From: an uncultured Planctomycetota bacterium
Lineage (GTDB): Bacteria; Planctomycetota; Planctomycetia; Isosphaerales; Isosphaeraceae
DNA: 64,000 nucleotides
Assembly (NCBI GenBank): GCA_963823665.1
Contig: CAWGMQ010000007.1
Coordinates: 1 to 64,000 of the forward strand
Direction: 5' to 3'
This document shows positions 9,888 to 17,644 of the stretch, piece by piece. The position numbers were made by a program, and so were the translations under genes. Within the stretch, counting starts at the first letter, position 1; the number at the start of each line of letters is the position of its first letter. The notes beneath the pieces are model-generated. The model had not been told where the DNA came from and did not search any database. It was given only the letters and a program-made list of their open reading frames with translations.

Positions 9888-10490
9888 TTATCGTGAGTTA
9901 TGCAATTGATTTACAGTCGAATCAAATAAAACAATCGCTCGTGGAACGCCTTGCTCTTGCCTGATTTGGAATCGATCACTCATAAAAAGAAGATGGGCCC
10001 CAGGATTATTCTCCGTCCCTGTGTCCTTGATTGGGCCTATCCGTCCTCCACCGTAATCGTGAACAAGAACAAAATTACCGTCAGTCTGCATGAACACGGT
10101 GTTCACACCAACATTGGCAGTATAGGACTGCCAGATACAATTAGACCATAGCGTGCCTTGCGTTTGTGCACTAATGTTCACGTCGTAGATCCTTAGGTCT
10201 CCATCCCATCCCTGATGAATTAGGAAAGGTGTGAATATCTGGTTGTTTGCGGGTCTCAAATAATGGTTTGGTAGTAAACCTTGTCCTGCCGGCAGTCTGT
10301 CCCCAACCCATGTAAAATCTTTCATTTGACTGATATCATTATAAAGAAATGCTCCGGCTCCTGGAGACTGATAACTCGGCCCACAAAGTCCTCTTCGAGG
10401 ACGTTTCCACCAACAGGCGGAAACTTTGGGTGTACCAAGAAGCCCGGATGCCAGGGTCGGTATCGCAAGCAATGCGGATCGCCGGTTCAT
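9888..10490 (-). CDS. Tat-signal exported protein with bulb-type lectin-like motif
   Basis: MNRRSALL...SA twin-arginine-like signal. MQTDGNFVLV resembles the QxDxNxVxY B-lectin motif, with a second degenerate copy QGWDGDLRIY. AT-rich. Confidence 0.55.
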   Translation of the reverse strand: MNRRSALLAIPTLASGLLGTPKVSACWWKRPRRGLCGPSYQSPGAGAFLYNDISQMKDFTWVGDRLPAGQGLLPNHYLRPANNQIFTPFLIHQGWDGDLRIYDVNISAQTQGTLWSNCIWQSYTANVGVNTVFMQTDGNFVLVHDYGGGRIGPIKDTGTENNPGAHLLFMSDRFQIRQEQGVPRAIVLFDSTVNQLHNSR

Positions 10491-10590
10491 GTGGGTATCT
10501 CCATGTTTCACCTGCCCGCGAGACACATTTTACCCCAAACACCTAGTTTATCACGACGGTAAACAGAGTCGCAATGGAGTACCGCAAATA

Positions 10591-10610
10591 AAGGGGATTA
10601 TTTCCCCCTA
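10591..10610. promoter_or_regulatory. palindromic GGGGATTATTwCCCC motif, copy 1
   Basis: AAGGGGATTATTTCCCCCTA about 100 bp upstream of the 9888-10490 gene; near-identical copy at 11932. Confidence 0.55.
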
Positions 10611-10649
10611 AGCTTCCCTTTTGCACTCATGCATTGATTCTTGGTTTTC

Positions 10650-11137
10650 AGTCGCTGGCGTGCTGACCAGCTCGTCAAGGCCGGGCTGATGGCCAGCACC
10701 ATCCGCCGCAAGCTGATCACCCTGCGGTCGCTGTTCTCCTACCTGCAAACCTACGACTACAGCAGGGCCAACCACGCCCGAGGCAAGTTTGCCAAAGTCC
10801 GACCGGGCCATGGTCGCCGTGCTCACCTATTCCGGCTGCCGCATTGGCGAGCTGGTGCGGCTCCGCGTCCGCGACTACAGGACCTGCGGCGGGCACCGCA
10901 TCCTCAACGTCACCGGCAAGGGCGGCAAGGAACGCACAACGCCCTTGCACCTCGAAGCCGTTGAGCGGCTGGCCGACTGGATGGCCGTTCCCGGCATCGC
11001 CGCAAGACCGGCCGGGCCGCTGTTCCCGGCGGCAAAGTCACCGCAAGGCATGGGCCGCGACAGCTCCCGTCATGAGCACGCGGACATTGGAAAAACTGAT
11101 CGGCCGCTACGTCGAGGCTCTGGGACTCGATAGGTAA
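10650..11137 (+). pseudogene. decayed paralog of the 8773-9807 tyrosine recombinase
   Basis: Fragments IRRKLITLRSLFSYLQ, YSGCRIGELVRLRVRDY and GKGGKERTTPLHLEAVERLA are nearly identical to the intact integrase. Internal deletion and frameshifts; lacks the HxxR/Y C-terminus. Confidence 0.88.
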
Positions 11138-11143
11138 GTTCAA

Positions 11144-11815
11144 TCAAGATGAAATTGATATAAAAGAAAAAAGCGAGCCGCCATCGTCATCGTCAGCATA
11201 ACGAAGGCAAACATTGTATCCGGCAAGATACACACAAAGACTAGTCCAACTACTTTGAGGATTTCGCAAATTACCAAATTCATCAATAACGACGCTGCTA
11301 TATCCATAAGGAGGATTTCCTCCTATAAGCGTGAAAACTCCTTTAAACCAGGCACCTGACCGAGAAGCAACATCGTATGCACCGAAATATAAATTTCCTC
11401 CTCCTTGGCTTCCCGGCAAATGCAAGTACCCCGCATCTCCTAAAGGATATGTAAGGTTTGAGCCCTGTAAGCCTCCTTCTGCCAATTTCCAAAAATTATG
11501 CCATACTGCTTGTCTACCTTCATCAGTTCTAGGATCTACATCTTCGAGCATTCTAAAAACCAAAAGTCTAAAATCCCTCTTTCCGTCGGAACTTTTCACT
11601 GTTCCACGCACGTAAAGATTGCCTCCTACATATTCACCTGAATCATTAATAGTTTGAATCATTATTGAATTTGTTGGGGCAGGACGTGCGTCTGATACGG
11701 CAGAGACGAAATGACGGCAACGCCGCCCCTTCCAGCAGGCCCGTGACTGCGTTGAATGATTGAGGGCAAGCATGCCGACACTCAGGCCACCCAGAAAGGC
11801 CCTCCGCGTGTGCAT
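11144..11815 (-). CDS. Tat-signal exported hypothetical protein
   Basis: MHTRRAFLGG...SRA twin-arginine signal followed by CWKGRR; AT-rich 223-aa ORF. Confidence 0.6.
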   Translation of the reverse strand: MHTRRAFLGGLSVGMLALNHSTQSRACWKGRRCRHFVSAVSDARPAPTNSIMIQTINDSGEYVGGNLYVRGTVKSSDGKRDFRLLVFRMLEDVDPRTDEGRQAVWHNFWKLAEGGLQGSNLTYPLGDAGYLHLPGSQGGGNLYFGAYDVASRSGAWFKGVFTLIGGNPPYGYSSVVIDEFGNLRNPQSSWTSLCVYLAGYNVCLRYADDDDGGSLFSFISISS

Positions 11816-11931
11816 TTCTGAAGCTCCTCAAGGACTAAATGCTGTTCTGAAATGACTAACAACCACGGGTACTAGGCGGTCTTGATAGAATAAGAAGACC
11901 TGACAAGATAAGTCAAGATACAACTAGAAAC

Positions 11932-11951
11932 AAGGGGATTATTACCCCATA
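11932..11951. promoter_or_regulatory. palindromic GGGGATTATTwCCCC motif, copy 2
   Basis: AAGGGGATTATTACCCCATA about 117 bp upstream of the 11144-11815 gene. Confidence 0.55.
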
Positions 11952-12087
11952 ATCGCTCAAGTGCTGCGACCGCTTGCACGCACGCATACGTGAGATCCGC
12001 GTAAACGATTTATGTCGTTGCCGGTCGCCGTAACCGCCGTCCAGGCCGACTACATTCGTCCGGCCAGAGCCAGCAAATCCGTCGAAA

Positions 12088-12461
12088 TTAGGCACTGGTT
12101 GCCGCAGTCAACTGCACGATATTGCGGCCGAACCATCCCGAAAGTGCTTCTTCCGCCAACTCGCCCTCAGCCAACAGCAAGAACGTTGTCACGACTTCCC
12201 GTTCAGTGGCGGTAAGGTCATAGCCATTGAGCAGAAGGAACGTTGTTGCGACCACGAATCCGGTTCTTTTGTTGCCGTCAACAAAGGGATGATTCTGGAC
12301 GATGCCATAAGCATAGGCAGCAGCCAGATCGGCGACACTCGCTTTGCCGTAGGATGCGAGCTGATACGGCCGGGACAGGGCGGATTCTAGTAAATTGTCG
12401 TCCCTGACCCCGCCACTTCCGCCGTGCTCTGCTAGCTGTTCATAATGAATCGCCAAGACGC
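12088..12461 (-). pseudogene. doc: Doc/Fic family (death-on-curing) toxin, 5' end truncated by IS21
   Basis: VLAIHYEQLAEHGG..GVRD..LLESAL.RP and Fic motif HPFVDGNKRTG. The first codons are replaced by the IS end at about 12462, and no phd antitoxin is adjacent. Confidence 0.85.
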
Positions 12462-12632
12462 TTTCAACGGCAGCCAGGAAGTGAGCCACTTTCGCAGCCA
12501 GAATTGAACCACTTGAATGGTTGCCGCGTGAAGCACAGACAAGGTGCTTCGGGATGTGACGGCCGTCGTTCGATGAAGCGTGGATCAAATCAAGTCGACT
12601 GGCTGATCCCTAGCTCCGGCGTCGACGCTATT

Positions 12633-13448
12633 TCACTTCTTCGGTCGCTTGACGGCCGATGCTTGTTCGCCCCGATGCGCCCGATACGACTTGCCGTTGA
12701 TCTTCATGATGATCGCTCCGTCGACAACTCGGTCCAAGAACGCCATTGCCAACGGTGGATCGCCCCAGTAGTCGCCCCATGCGTCGAAGTCGATGTTCGT
12801 CACCAATGCCGTCGACCGCCCACTGCGGACGTTGATCAGCTTGTACAACAGGCTGGCCGCTTGGGGCGATTCGATCCGTTCCAGTCGGTCGAAGCCGACC
12901 TCGTCGAGAATCAACAGATCGAATTTGGCATAGTATCGCAAGTGGCTCGGCAACGTCTGGTCCGCCAGCGCTGCTGTCAGTTTTTGCAAAATTGAGCTGC
13001 TGGTCTCGTACCGCACCCGGTAACCCAGCACACAGGCACACTGGCCAATCGCTTGGATCAGATGACTTTTGCCGACGCCGCTTTGACCCACCCAAACCAG
13101 ACTTTGATGCCGGCCGATGAACTCCCCTTCGGCTAATGCCTCGATCCGCACTCGATCGATAACCGCCGCATTGAACTGCCAATCGAAGTCAGCCAGCGTT
13201 TTGTTTTCAGCGAAGCTGGCTTCGCGGATACGGTGGGCAATCCTGCGATCACGACGCCCGTTGGCTTGCTCGCTGATCAGCAACCGTAGGAATTCCAGGT
13301 GGGATAGCCCGTCGCTCTCGGCACGGCCTACAACCGCGTCGAGTTGCTCGGACCGCAGGGGAATGCCCAGCACCTCGAAGTCCTCAAGGATCTTCTGGCG
13401 CAGTTCCGTCCCCGCCGGCTTCGCCTTGGGCGCTGGTCGGGTCTTCAT
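12633..13448 (-). CDS. istB: IS21 helper AAA+ ATPase IstB
   Basis: KTLADFDWQF, Walker A GQSGVGKS, Walker B LLILDEVG, LDRVVD..IIMKINGKSYR. Confidence 0.93.
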   Translation of the reverse strand: MKTRPAPKAKPAGTELRQKILEDFEVLGIPLRSEQLDAVVGRAESDGLSHLEFLRLLISEQANGRRDRRIAHRIREASFAENKTLADFDWQFNAAVIDRVRIEALAEGEFIGRHQSLVWVGQSGVGKSHLIQAIGQCACVLGYRVRYETSSSILQKLTAALADQTLPSHLRYYAKFDLLILDEVGFDRLERIESPQAASLLYKLINVRSGRSTALVTNIDFDAWGDYWGDPPLAMAFLDRVVDGAIIMKINGKSYRAHRGEQASAVKRPKK

Positions 13449-14946
13449 CCTCGTGCTCCTCCGGCTCGCAAAGGTATTGGTAGCCTGACGTCGGGCGCGG
13501 GGACACCTTATCCTCGCCCAGCCAAGGAGGCAGCGGACGCTCTTCGTCGGCCAGCACCTCCAAGATAGTCTTCGGTCGAGCTTGGACCGACAGGATACGT
13601 GCCGCCGCCGCATGAGAATAAGCACCATATCGGACCGCTCGCTCCAACGCGGCGATCACGTCTGTTCGGGTGTAGGTTCCCAATAGTGCCAGCACTCGCT
13701 GCGCCTGGTCCTTACCGTATCGCTGAACTCTCAGCAGCCCTTCCAGGAACCGACGGCCCACTTCGCCCAGCTCGCCAAAGCGTTCCTCCAGTTGCGCCTG
13801 TCGCCGGTGTGTGCTTTCGTTAGGCCGGTGCTCCTTGTGCACGCTCCGTTGCCCTCTGGCCGTGCGCGGCAACAGCGCGTGCCGGGTGATCTCCTCGACC
13901 TGAGGACCGTAAACGATCACCTCGGTCTCGGTCACCCGCACCGGCAACACGCAGCCGATGTACCGCCAAGGCACTGAGTAGCCGTTCTGGCAGTAAGTGA
14001 CCAAGCCTTCGACGTCGACTGTGCGATAGATAACCGGGGCGACCACATAAGCTTGGTTTGGTAACGGGATCAGGTGGGGAAGTTCCTCCTGATGCAGCTG
14101 CAAGGGCGTCTTGCCGGCGGCGCGGAGCTCGCGGACATCCGCGACCTGCGCCAGCCACCAATCGGTGGTCTCATTCAGATGACTGAGCGATTCGAAGCTG
14201 CGGCCGTTGAACAAGCTGGTTTCAACGTAATAAAACGGGCGTTCCACCTTTCCCTTGGTTTGAGGCCGCCGCACGCGGCAGGCCACTGGCCGGAATCCGT
14301 AGTGGGTGGCGAAGGCCAGGAACCGCGGGTTGTAGATCGGCACGTCATCCTCGTGACCACTGACCACAACTTTCATATTGTCATACAAGCAGGTAGCGGC
14401 CACGCCTCCCAGATGCATAAAGGCCCGCACGTGCTCACGCAGGGTGGTCACCATGTCCTGGGCCTCGACAAAGCGCAGATACTGCCGCCGTGAATAGCCC
14501 AGGATGTAGCTGAACAAATTGACGCGGCGCCGGCCTTCACAAGTGAAGTCCAGATCGTAGACGGCGTAATCCATCTGAGCCTGGACACCCGGCCCAGTCT
14601 CAAAGCGGATGACCGGCTGTGGTCCCGAGCCCGGACGGAGCTCGCGTAGCCGCTGGCGGACCGTGCTATAGCTGCCCGGGAAGCCCTGCTGGCGCAGCTC
14701 TTCCAAGAGCCGTACGCCGGTCAAATCGGGATATCGGCCCAGGAGCTCGAGGATGACCGGCTCGTAGGGATCGAGCTGGCTGGGTCGTCTGCGCGAGGTC
14801 GACGCCTTGCCGGCCCGCTGGGCATCAATCCCGACAAGCACCCGGCTCACCGTGTTCCGTGCCAGTCCCAACTCGCGGGCGATCTGTCGCATTGATGCAC
14901 CGCCGCGCCAGCGGCTGACAATCTCATTGCGCTTTTGCTCGGTCAT
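13384..14946 (-). CDS. istA: IS21 DDE transposase IstA
   Basis: N-terminal HTH, RFETGPGVQAQMD, LYDNMK, PQTKGKVER. Confidence 0.95.
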   Translation of the reverse strand: MTEQKRNEIVSRWRGGASMRQIARELGLARNTVSRVLVGIDAQRAGKASTSRRRPSQLDPYEPVILELLGRYPDLTGVRLLEELRQQGFPGSYSTVRQRLRELRPGSGPQPVIRFETGPGVQAQMDYAVYDLDFTCEGRRRVNLFSYILGYSRRQYLRFVEAQDMVTTLREHVRAFMHLGGVAATCLYDNMKVVVSGHEDDVPIYNPRFLAFATHYGFRPVACRVRRPQTKGKVERPFYYVETSLFNGRSFESLSHLNETTDWWLAQVADVRELRAAGKTPLQLHQEELPHLIPLPNQAYVVAPVIYRTVDVEGLVTYCQNGYSVPWRYIGCVLPVRVTETEVIVYGPQVEEITRHALLPRTARGQRSVHKEHRPNESTHRRQAQLEERFGELGEVGRRFLEGLLRVQRYGKDQAQRVLALLGTYTRTDVIAALERAVRYGAYSHAAAARILSVQARPKTILEVLADEERPLPPWLGEDKVSPRPTSGYQYLCEPEEHEDEDPTSAQGEAGGDGTAPEDP

Positions 14947-15856
14947 GATTGTTCAACTCTCCGATGAGGTCCTGAGCCAAAGAGGCCACGCTGGAGGCAT
15001 CACGCGCCAACTTGGAGAATGCTGACGTCAGCACCAAGTGATCGCAGGGGGTCAAGCCGGCGCGGCCCTGACTGCGCAGCCAGGTCTCGATGCGACCCAG
15101 GTCCTCAAGGACGTAGGTGAGACGTCGCGCCACGCGGTTGCCCGAACTGCTTAGCCTTGGGTCCCAGGCCCAGCCAGTCTCCTCCCGTGCTTGCCGCAAG
15201 GCCTGGCGCGGCTGGGCCAAGATGTACTCTTCCTGAGTCTGACCGGGCGCCGCTTGGAGCAGATTCACGACGCCATCGAGCTCGGCAGCCGTCAGCTTGT
15301 CGCGGCGGAGCGTTGCAAGAAGCTCAGGTTGGTTGCCGGCCGGCAACCGCACCAGCGAGCGAGCGGCCGTGACCGACAACAGCCCCAATCGCAGGTCGTT
15401 CTTGGCCGCGTCGGCCAGCTTCTCGACCAGGGCCAGCCGACGGCAGACCCAGCTCTTGTGGTGGGAGAGCAGCTCGGCGACCTCCTCCTGCGTCAGACCG
15501 TCCTCGCGCACCAAGGCGTGCACGATCCAAGCTTCCTCCCACTCTTGAGTCCGCCTGCCGGTTTGATTGAGGCCCAGGATCGTCGCCTTGGCCAGGCGCT
15601 CATTAACTTCCACGACCCGCGTGCTGACGGTCAGGAAACCGAGTGTCTGCGCGGCTGCCAGACGCTTGAAGCCGTCGAGAACCTCGTATCTTTCCTCTCG
15701 CAGGCAGACGACTACGGGAGTTTGCTGTCCATAGCGACTCAGGGATGCCGCCATGGCGGCCTCGGCGTCGGGATCGGGAAGGCGATAGCGCCGATACCGC
15801 TGACCCAGTTGATCCACCGCCATGAAGCGGATGTCCGTCGTGTACGAGTCTGTCAT
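14924..15856 (-). CDS. ParB/Srx N-terminal domain + HTH protein (IS passenger)
   Basis: SLSRYGQQTPVVV...YEVLDGFKRLAAA (ParB GxxRxxA-type motif) and HTH GLTQEEVAELL..KSWVCRRL. Overlaps the istA start by 23 nt. Confidence 0.85.
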   Translation of the reverse strand: MTDSYTTDIRFMAVDQLGQRYRRYRLPDPDAEAAMAASLSRYGQQTPVVVCLREERYEVLDGFKRLAAAQTLGFLTVSTRVVEVNERLAKATILGLNQTGRRTQEWEEAWIVHALVREDGLTQEEVAELLSHHKSWVCRRLALVEKLADAAKNDLRLGLLSVTAARSLVRLPAGNQPELLATLRRDKLTAAELDGVVNLLQAAPGQTQEEYILAQPRQALRQAREETGWAWDPRLSSSGNRVARRLTYVLEDLGRIETWLRSQGRAGLTPCDHLVLTSAFSKLARDASSVASLAQDLIGELNNHDRAKAQ

Positions 15857-15961
15857 GAGAAACCTCGTCACAAAGGCCCAATCCGAGTAAGGAAACGGGA
15901 GACCGGAGGGCCCGGCCCTCCCGCTTCCTCCTCGGTTCTTGGGCAAGAACAAACATAAGTA

Positions 15962-16678
15962 TTAGGGGGTAACGTCCTCTATACGTGACGACATGAGAAG
16001 GGGATGTTGAGGCGGTCCGCGGCGATGCATATAACGGGGAAGAACCCCGCGCCGGCGTCGTTGCCGGAGTCGAAGTTCGCGTTGTCGAACTCGTCGTAAC
16101 GCTTGGTGGCACGAGTAGGAACAGAATTTCTGATCGGGAGAACGCCCCGAGGGAAGGAATAACATGTAGCAGCCAGGTCTGTGGCAAGGCAGACCGCAAG
16201 ATTGTTCGGGTATTTTGGCTGGGCGCTGGCCCTCGGCGGGTGTTGAGGCGAGCGGAGGCGGCTCGGATGCGGTGGATGTCTGCGACTCGACGACTGGGGA
16301 AGTCAGCTCGACGTCGCAGGCTGGCGGCGCCGGTTCAGCAAGAAATGATCGTTGCTGGAGACGGATTCGATAGCGTCGGGCCTGCTCTCGCCGGATTGCC
16401 TTGCCATGGGTAGTAGCCTTGAAGCGCTGGCAGGAAAGCCAGCGGCGCCAGCGGCAGGCGGATTCCTGACAGGCCGGGCTGCAATATCGCGCCTGAGGCC
16501 GGCGCGGCAAGAACCAGACTTCACAGCCTTTGAGCAGGCAACGGTGGCAGTTGGGGTGCCAACGCCGAGATCGGGGTGATTGACCCGACGGTGATGCGCG
16601 CGGAAACTGAGAATGGCCCACGGGAGGGATTGCTCCCGAGCGGTCAGGCGGCGGGAAGGTGGAACTTCCCGCCGCCAC
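15962..16678 (-). CDS. Cys-rich (putative double zinc-finger), Arg-rich hypothetical protein inside IS21
   Basis: Two similar modules, CLLKGC..F.P.RP.ARYCS.AC and CHRPGC..F.P..RSP.QKFCS..C; co-oriented with parB-istA-istB. Start uncertain. Confidence 0.55.
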   Translation of the reverse strand: MAAGSSTFPPPDRSGAIPPVGHSQFPRASPSGQSPRSRRWHPNCHRCLLKGCEVWFLPRRPQARYCSPACQESACRWRRWLSCQRFKATTHGKAIRREQARRYRIRLQQRSFLAEPAPPACDVELTSPVVESQTSTASEPPPLASTPAEGQRPAKIPEQSCGLPCHRPGCYMLFLPSGRSPDQKFCSYSCHQALRRVRQRELRLRQRRRRGVLPRYMHRRGPPQHPLLMSSRIEDVTP

Positions 16679-17442
16679 TTTGCGCCGTGGATTGAAAGAG
16701 CCGTCATCGGCGACTGAGCGGCAATTACACTCCAGCCTACCTGCATTGAATCACACGTGCCAGAAACTTGGTAAAGACGCTGAGAGAGAGCCAAACCCAC
16801 CATCGACCGATCGCGGAATGGCTCAGGTGGCTCTGCGATAATGGCTCAGCGTTTCGTTGCTGCTGACACGAGCGCGTGCTCGAGGATCTCAGCTCGGCTT
16901 GGCCACGCCTGTGCCGTGGGAAAAACGGGGTGGAACTGCGCTTGTGGAGAGGGGATCGGTGCGCGTCGAAATCGCTCCGAATACTGAGCTGTGCCGAGCG
17001 TGGACAGGTTCGGACCACGGCCGGGTTGGGTTTTCATCCGTTGGGCCGAGGGATCGTGGAGCAAGTCTCGTGGCGTTATCCTCTTATGTTCTCAGCGTTT
17101 CCGTGCAGCTTCAGGGTGTTCCAGCCAGGCATCATGTGGGGCTCTCAACCGCAATCAAGATGGGACTGTTTTCGGGTTGGGAGTTCCATACAGTTCCATT
17201 TAGTTCCATTAAGAAATGTTTATTTGAAACATGCGATGCGTGGCCAGGCTGTCGTGTGACATGGCGGGCGGACGTCGGACCACGAATCTTACGAATCTCA
17301 CTAATGGAGGGACGAGAAACGGGGGGCGATCATTCAAAACAGGGGCCGAGCGTGCGCCGGCGGGTCGGTGTGCGGGCCAAGTAATCAGCGAGGGGAGGTT
17401 TAGCGAGTGCCAGACTCGAGTCGATGGGCGGGTGACTGTTGG

Positions 17443-17524
17443 CGTTCCCTTAACCCTTGTGGCGTAAGGGCGCACGACGAATGTACAAAACGAAGTCGTC
17501 GGTCGGGGTGGACCGTTGAACATG
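17443..17524 (-). repeat. dispersed ~80-bp hairpin element, copy 1
   Basis: Reverse complement CATGTTCAACGGTCCACCCCGACCGACGACTTCGTTTTGTACATTCGTCGTGCGCCCTTACGCCACAAGGGTTAAGGGAACG matches five other copies. Confidence 0.9.
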
Positions 17525-17644
17525 AAGGGCGGGAGAATTGGAGGTGGCGAGTGTCGCGTTGTTTCGATCTAATAGAGTGAATTCCCACCCGTAACGGCTC
17601 CCACCGCATTCCCGCCGCATTGACCCGAAGATCGCCACCAACCG

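Larger units (their letters stand above)
12462..16868 (-). mobile_element. IS21-family element (about 4.4 kb) with two extra genes
   Basis: Ends TTTCAACGGCAGCCAGGAAGTGAGCCACT (12462) and reverse-complement TGTCAGCAGCAACGAAACGCTGAGCCATT (16868) are imperfect IRs with repeated GAGCCA boxes. Contains istA, istB, a ParB-like ORF and a Cys-rich ORF. Confidence 0.8.

Noticed and set aside
8773..11951. Integron interpretation of the integrase plus downstream genes
   Set aside because: The integrase lacks the IntI-specific insertion, the genes are convergent on its 3' end, and no attC sites were seen.
17279..17306. CCACGAATCTTACGAATCTCACTAAT short 9-bp periodic repeat
   Set aside because: A single short occurrence in the window; not enough to assign a function.
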